From assembly GCF_032062105.1 (NCBI RefSeq), contig NW_026941090.1, positions 372,001 through 436,000 of the forward strand: DNA of 64,000 nucleotides, read 5' to 3'. The stretch comes from Saccostrea cucullata (taxonomy: Eukaryota). Below, one piece after another: positions 59,501-64,000 of this stretch. Below the pieces are notes generated by a model, which worked only from the letters and a program-made list of their open reading frames with translations, was not told where the DNA came from and did no database searches. The first letter of the stretch is position 1, and every line of letters starts with the position of its first letter. The translations under genes were made by a program, and so were the position numbers.

Positions 59501-61732
59501 TTATGCCGCTGAAGGTTGAATAAAAAGCATTTTACGGGAATACACACTTTACTTTTTCCATATTTGAATATTTTACTAGAAAGAGACTGTAATCTAACAA
59601 GAAAACTTTATAATGAGCACTGAGTGTTTTTTTCTATAGAATTTTCCCCCGACTTGTGTAGCAATATATACTTACCACCTGCATAAGGCGGTTTGACGTC
59701 TCCCAATATTGATTCGAAAGAGTAATATGCGAAAAGTTTTTAAAAATAGACAAGCTATTGACAAACAAGATAATGAATCAAGGATATCAACAGTCCGTAA
59801 TACGCAAAGATTGTTATAATTGAGTCACATATGCAAAACCCTATCATTTGAAATATTGATCGGGAATAAATATGGTTTGGTATCGTCGTGTAAAATCTCT
59901 ACAACAAATCCCTTCGTGCCTTTATGGCATTTGCTCACGTGACCAACCCGTATTCACATCCCGAAAAATGTTAAGACATCGTACTTAATATCTTATTTGT
60001 TAGGGACTTAACTTCTTTGTTGTTCTTATGTCTGTTGTTTTATGTCAGAACGTGATAAAATTCTTTCTTTGGTTCTTAAGGTTTCCATCAAAATTAGAAA
60101 TATAATTCGCATCACTAACCTTCTTCACAGGAGCTTTCTTACACATTTATTTTCTTTTATATCTAGGTGTTGTGAAGCCCCAAAAGATGATAGCCAGTGA
60201 CATGTCGGAATCGGTCCTGCAAGACATGAAGGTAATCCTGTCCGCTCCGGTGGTATATCTTTAGATGAATTAGGTCTACAGTATACATTTACATGCTTAA
60301 ATTGTTTAATTATGATCTATATTCTTGTCTATTGATTAATAACATGACCTTCTCACAGTCCTTGTAAGTAAAGGTAGCCAAACTCTCCTAGAAAAACAGT
60401 AAATCCAGATTGTTGTTTTTTTTTTATCAGGGTACATGTATAGGTTGGGATGGATAAGATGGGACGCTTTGATATATGCATCTTCTTTCCTATGGCAGTA
60501 ATGTAGCTTGACTACTGTCAAATGCAATTGTTATGGATCCTTGGTGCTTTGGGAAAACATTTCATGCTATTTTATATTTTAATCAGAAACTGGGTATAAG
60601 GACCACTAACTGTAACATTGAGGTTGTGGAGAGGAGCTACCTGGTAGTACTGGCTGTCAAACCGCATACAGTGTCTGATGTACTGAATGAAATCTCGGAC
60701 TTCTTCACGGACGAGAAGATCTTTGTCTCCATAGCAGCCGGGGTACCTCTTGAGATCCTTGAGGCGGTGAGAAGCATTGAAGTTTTTGTTCAGACTGAAG
60801 TTGATAATTTCTTTTTTATTTTCAAACATCTCATTAAAATCCTTTCTAACTATTTTCAGAATTTACCAAGGGAAACACGTGTATTACGTGCTATGCCGAA
60901 CACTGCCAGTTTGGTGCATGCAGGAGCTACAGTTGTTGCACCAGGAAAGTCAGTACGCAAAGGCGACGCCCCATTAGTACAAAAACTGTTCCAGACTGTG
61001 GGTCTGTGCTTCGTAGGAACGGAGGATAAACTGGACGCGGTGACCGGACTCAGCGGAAGTGGACCAGCCTATGTAAGTCTAATAACTTTAAGACTTTTTC
61101 CCGTCAGGGACTTATCTTTGTGAAATGAATGGAGGCTTATAAATCTTTAAAAACTGACATATACAGCATTTCGGTACATTATATCAGTTAATTTTCACGA
61201 TTTATCCAAATATTTTCTTTTCACTATTTTATTTTTCATTTCCATTGTTTCATATTTTATGATATGATTTTTTTAAAGGCCTTTGCTACCATTGAATCTC
61301 TGGCAGATGGGGGAGTTAAAATGGGACTTCCTAGAGACATGTCTACAAAACTTGCCGCACAGACCTTATTTGTGAGTCTTCTGCCAAACAGTTAAAATCG
61401 TCGATCACTTAAATAATAAAAATTTCTCGAAAAGTCACATCAAGACTCTCTGCTTTCAGGGTGCTGCAAAGATGGTTCTTGAATCTGATAAACACCCCGG
61501 CCAGCTGAAAGACGAAGTTTGTTCACCAGGGGGAACCACGATCGCAGCCATACACGAGCTGGAGCGCAAAGGATTCCGAGGGACCATCATGGACGCTGTG
61601 GAAGCATCAGCTCTGAAGGCCAAAGAAATGGGTGAACAAGAACTCCAGAAACACGAGGAGTCTCTCGAAATGGAAGCGCAAGTGGAGGAAAAAGAGGTGG
61701 AGAAAATCAAAGCGCAAGCCTCCCCCAAATAA
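56565..61732 (+). CDS. PYCR: Pyrroline-5-carboxylate reductase (PYCR1/2-like), 296 aa
   Basis: join(56565..56631,60167..60231,60587..60766,60860..61072,61279..61371,61460..61732); [12 protein letters not shown] Rossmann motif, [51 protein letters not shown]. Confidence 0.97.
58076..58507. mobile_element. MITE-like repeat in PYCR intron 1
   Basis: Ends GGTGCGGATCCAGG ... poly-G ... AATCCGCC; internal GGGGCCGCCTTGAGG and AAGCCCCCGGAAGCTCCTGG. Confidence 0.5.
58652..59434. repeat. Head-to-tail pair of ~390-bp hairpin-bearing elements
   Basis: Copies ~58652-59042 and ~59043-59434, each with TATTAGTTATCCAGGTTCAAT...CACCCTGAGGCCG.AGGCCGAAGGGTGTA...ATTGAACCTGGATAAC and a near-identical body ending CAAGCTA.ATAGGAAATAA. 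Confidence 0.88.
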
Positions 61733-63065
61733 GATTGGAGCTCATCATCTCACAGGCTATTTTATAGGAGAGATGGCGCCATAGTTACTTAATATTTCTG
61801 AATCCCAAGCCATCAAGTCCCTGTGTTTGTACGCATATACGTGTCGCAGACACATTAACATACGTTTTTGCTGTTAGTTTCCGTTGTGCAAAGGACCAAC
61901 TTATTCCTCTGCAAAAGAAATCAAATGTTGTATTTACAATTATTTTACAAAAAGCATTGCCAGTATTTGACCATGTACATAATATGTACATATGGAATAT
62001 GTATGACAGATACTAGTACTTTTGCAATTAAAGTTATCTATAGTTTATTAAGTAATTATAGTTTATACATGTATCTTACCGGTGGTTTATACATTTTCAG
62101 TCAAATAGCACTGCTAAACTACGCTATTTCTTCGTGCAGCATTATCAAAACAATTTGAAATTGCCATGATCTCATTTGTTATGAAGTTCAACTCTTATTT
62201 CTTATTAAAAATATGTACCTGTATACATACAAAAGCAATAGAAGTAATGTGGTCAAATACCATTTTTTTTTTGTATCTAAACTTGCACTTTTTACTGACA
62301 ATTCTGTAATATATTTACATTTTGTGTTAGTGTTATGCTATTGAATTATTTTTATGTTTTTTGTTATATTCACGAATTAAAACTTTATTTTTAAGTCTAG
62401 CTTGTTTTCAGATCATCACACTTCGAGATAGTCTTTTAGCCAATAGCAAATCTTTGGACATTGATGATATCCGTAAACAACGGATTATGTATTTTAAAAA
62501 AGAACTTTACCTTATGTTTGTGCATTTTTAAGTGAAAAAAATATTGGTTTTGAAAGCTGAGCTGAACATTTTGACTGAAAATTTCACTTCTTACCTAGTC
62601 GTACGTCTATAACAATTGGTCTCGAGATGTATGTGCCATTGATGATATAAAGTAAATATATAAAAATGAATTAAAAATAATTATGAAATGGTGTTGTCGA
62701 GAATTTCATTAAAACATCTTTCGAAGGAAGTTATATAAAACATATCTCAGGCCCTTCACATATTTCATCCTGTATTGGCCTGAGACACCCAAAAACAGGC
62801 AGAGGTCCTTTCCAATTGTTTGTATCAGCGAAGTTGCCTTTTCTGGGCAGCCTCACTATGAGACCAACCTTACAACCCACTGGTCATGTTCCTGTCTGCC
62901 AAATTGTTTGCAGGGTATCGGTCAGAGGTCTTGATGTTAATACTTCCTCAGCCTTTCAACATTTCAGCTTGTACCAGATCGATGCCTGGCGCTTTCCCAT
63001 TCTTAAGAAGTAAGATACTCTGTTTTACTTCCTCTATTATTGGTAAGTATCGAGACCTTCACTTA

Positions 63066-64000
63066 TTAGCTCTACTGGTCAGAGACCAGAAGAGCTTATG
63101 TGATAGTAATGCGTCCGTCGTCCGTCCGTCTGTCTGTCTGTCTGTCCGTCTGTAAACAATTTTTCAAAATGCTACTCCTCCTACAGTTTTGATCTGAATT
63201 CAATATAACATGGCACACAAGTAGACTACACTAAGATACATAATTCTCTGTATAGGTTTTTGATTTCAATGGACGGTGTTGCCGTTGTTACTTAAAATAG
63301 AATTTTTTGTGAAAATCATTCAAAATGCTACTTCTCCTACAGTTTTGGTCAGATTTTAATATAACTTGGCACACAAGTAGACTACACTAAGATACATAAT
63401 TCTGTGTATCGGTTTTTGATTTCGATGACCGGTGTTGCCTTTGTTACTAAAAATAGAAAAAATGTGAAAATCATTCAAAATGCTACTCCTCCTACAGTTT
63501 AAATCTGATTTCAATATAACTTGGCACACAAGTAGACTACACAAAGATACATAATTCTATGTAGCGGTTTTTGATTTCGATAACGGTGTTGCCATTGTTA
63601 CTAAAAATAGAATTTTAAAAAAATATTTTCAAAATGCTACTCCGCCTACAGTTTTGGTCTGATTTTATTATAACTTCGCACACAAGTAGACTACACTAAG
63701 ATACATAATTCTGAATATTGGTTTTTGATTTCAAAGAACGGTGTTGCCGTTGTTACTAAAATAGAAATTTCTGTGAAAAACATTCTCCTACAGTTTTGGT
63801 CTGATTTCAATATAACTTGGCACACAAGTAGACTACACTAAGATACAATGAACGGTGTTGCTGTTGTTACTTAAAAAAGAAATTTCTTTGAAATACAATT
63901 AAAATGTTACTCCTCCTACAGTTTTGGTCTGATTTCAATATAACTTGGCACACAAGTAGACTACACTAAGATACATAATTCTGTGTATCAGTATTTGTCA
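63066..64000 (+). mobile_element. HINE-like element with ~155-bp tandem satellite, running off window
   Basis: Head TTAGCTCTACTGGTCAGAGACCAGAAGAGCT, GTCC/GTCT microsatellite, units starting AAAATGCTACTCCTCCTACAG at 63166, 63322, 63477, 63631, ~63780 and 63901. Confidence 0.85.

Overview
AT-rich, intron-containing animal genomic DNA, most likely a bivalve (probably an oyster, judged from HINE/Helentron-type repeats and a cvSI-type protease inhibitor). Most ORF-track entries are spurious, so genes were rebuilt by hand from GT-AG splice sites and reading frame. In order: the 3' end of a TLDc-domain gene (OXR1/NCOA7-like, +); a 4-exon, 271-aa Cys-loop ligand-binding-domain-only protein (AChBP-like) with a signal peptide, no M1-M4 channel, a degenerate acetylcholine cage and a GPI-like hydrophobic tail (+); a 251-aa intronless ORF with three 'IVDRL' repeats (+); four tandem invertebrate claudin-like genes (-); an 85-aa, 12-Cys cvSI-2-like inhibitor absent from the ORF track (+); and a complete pyrroline-5-carboxylate reductase (+). 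Introns and intergenic DNA carry many decayed mobile elements (mariner, Tc1, Mutator-like/foldback MITEs, HINEs, Penelope-like RT, SINEs). The most unusual signals are the channel-less, possibly membrane-tethered Cys-loop domain, a polarised array of exon-end plus splice-donor copies in one claudin intron, shared E-boxes before all four claudins, and hairpin elements whose loops copy sequence ~820 bp upstream (possibly an assembly artefact).
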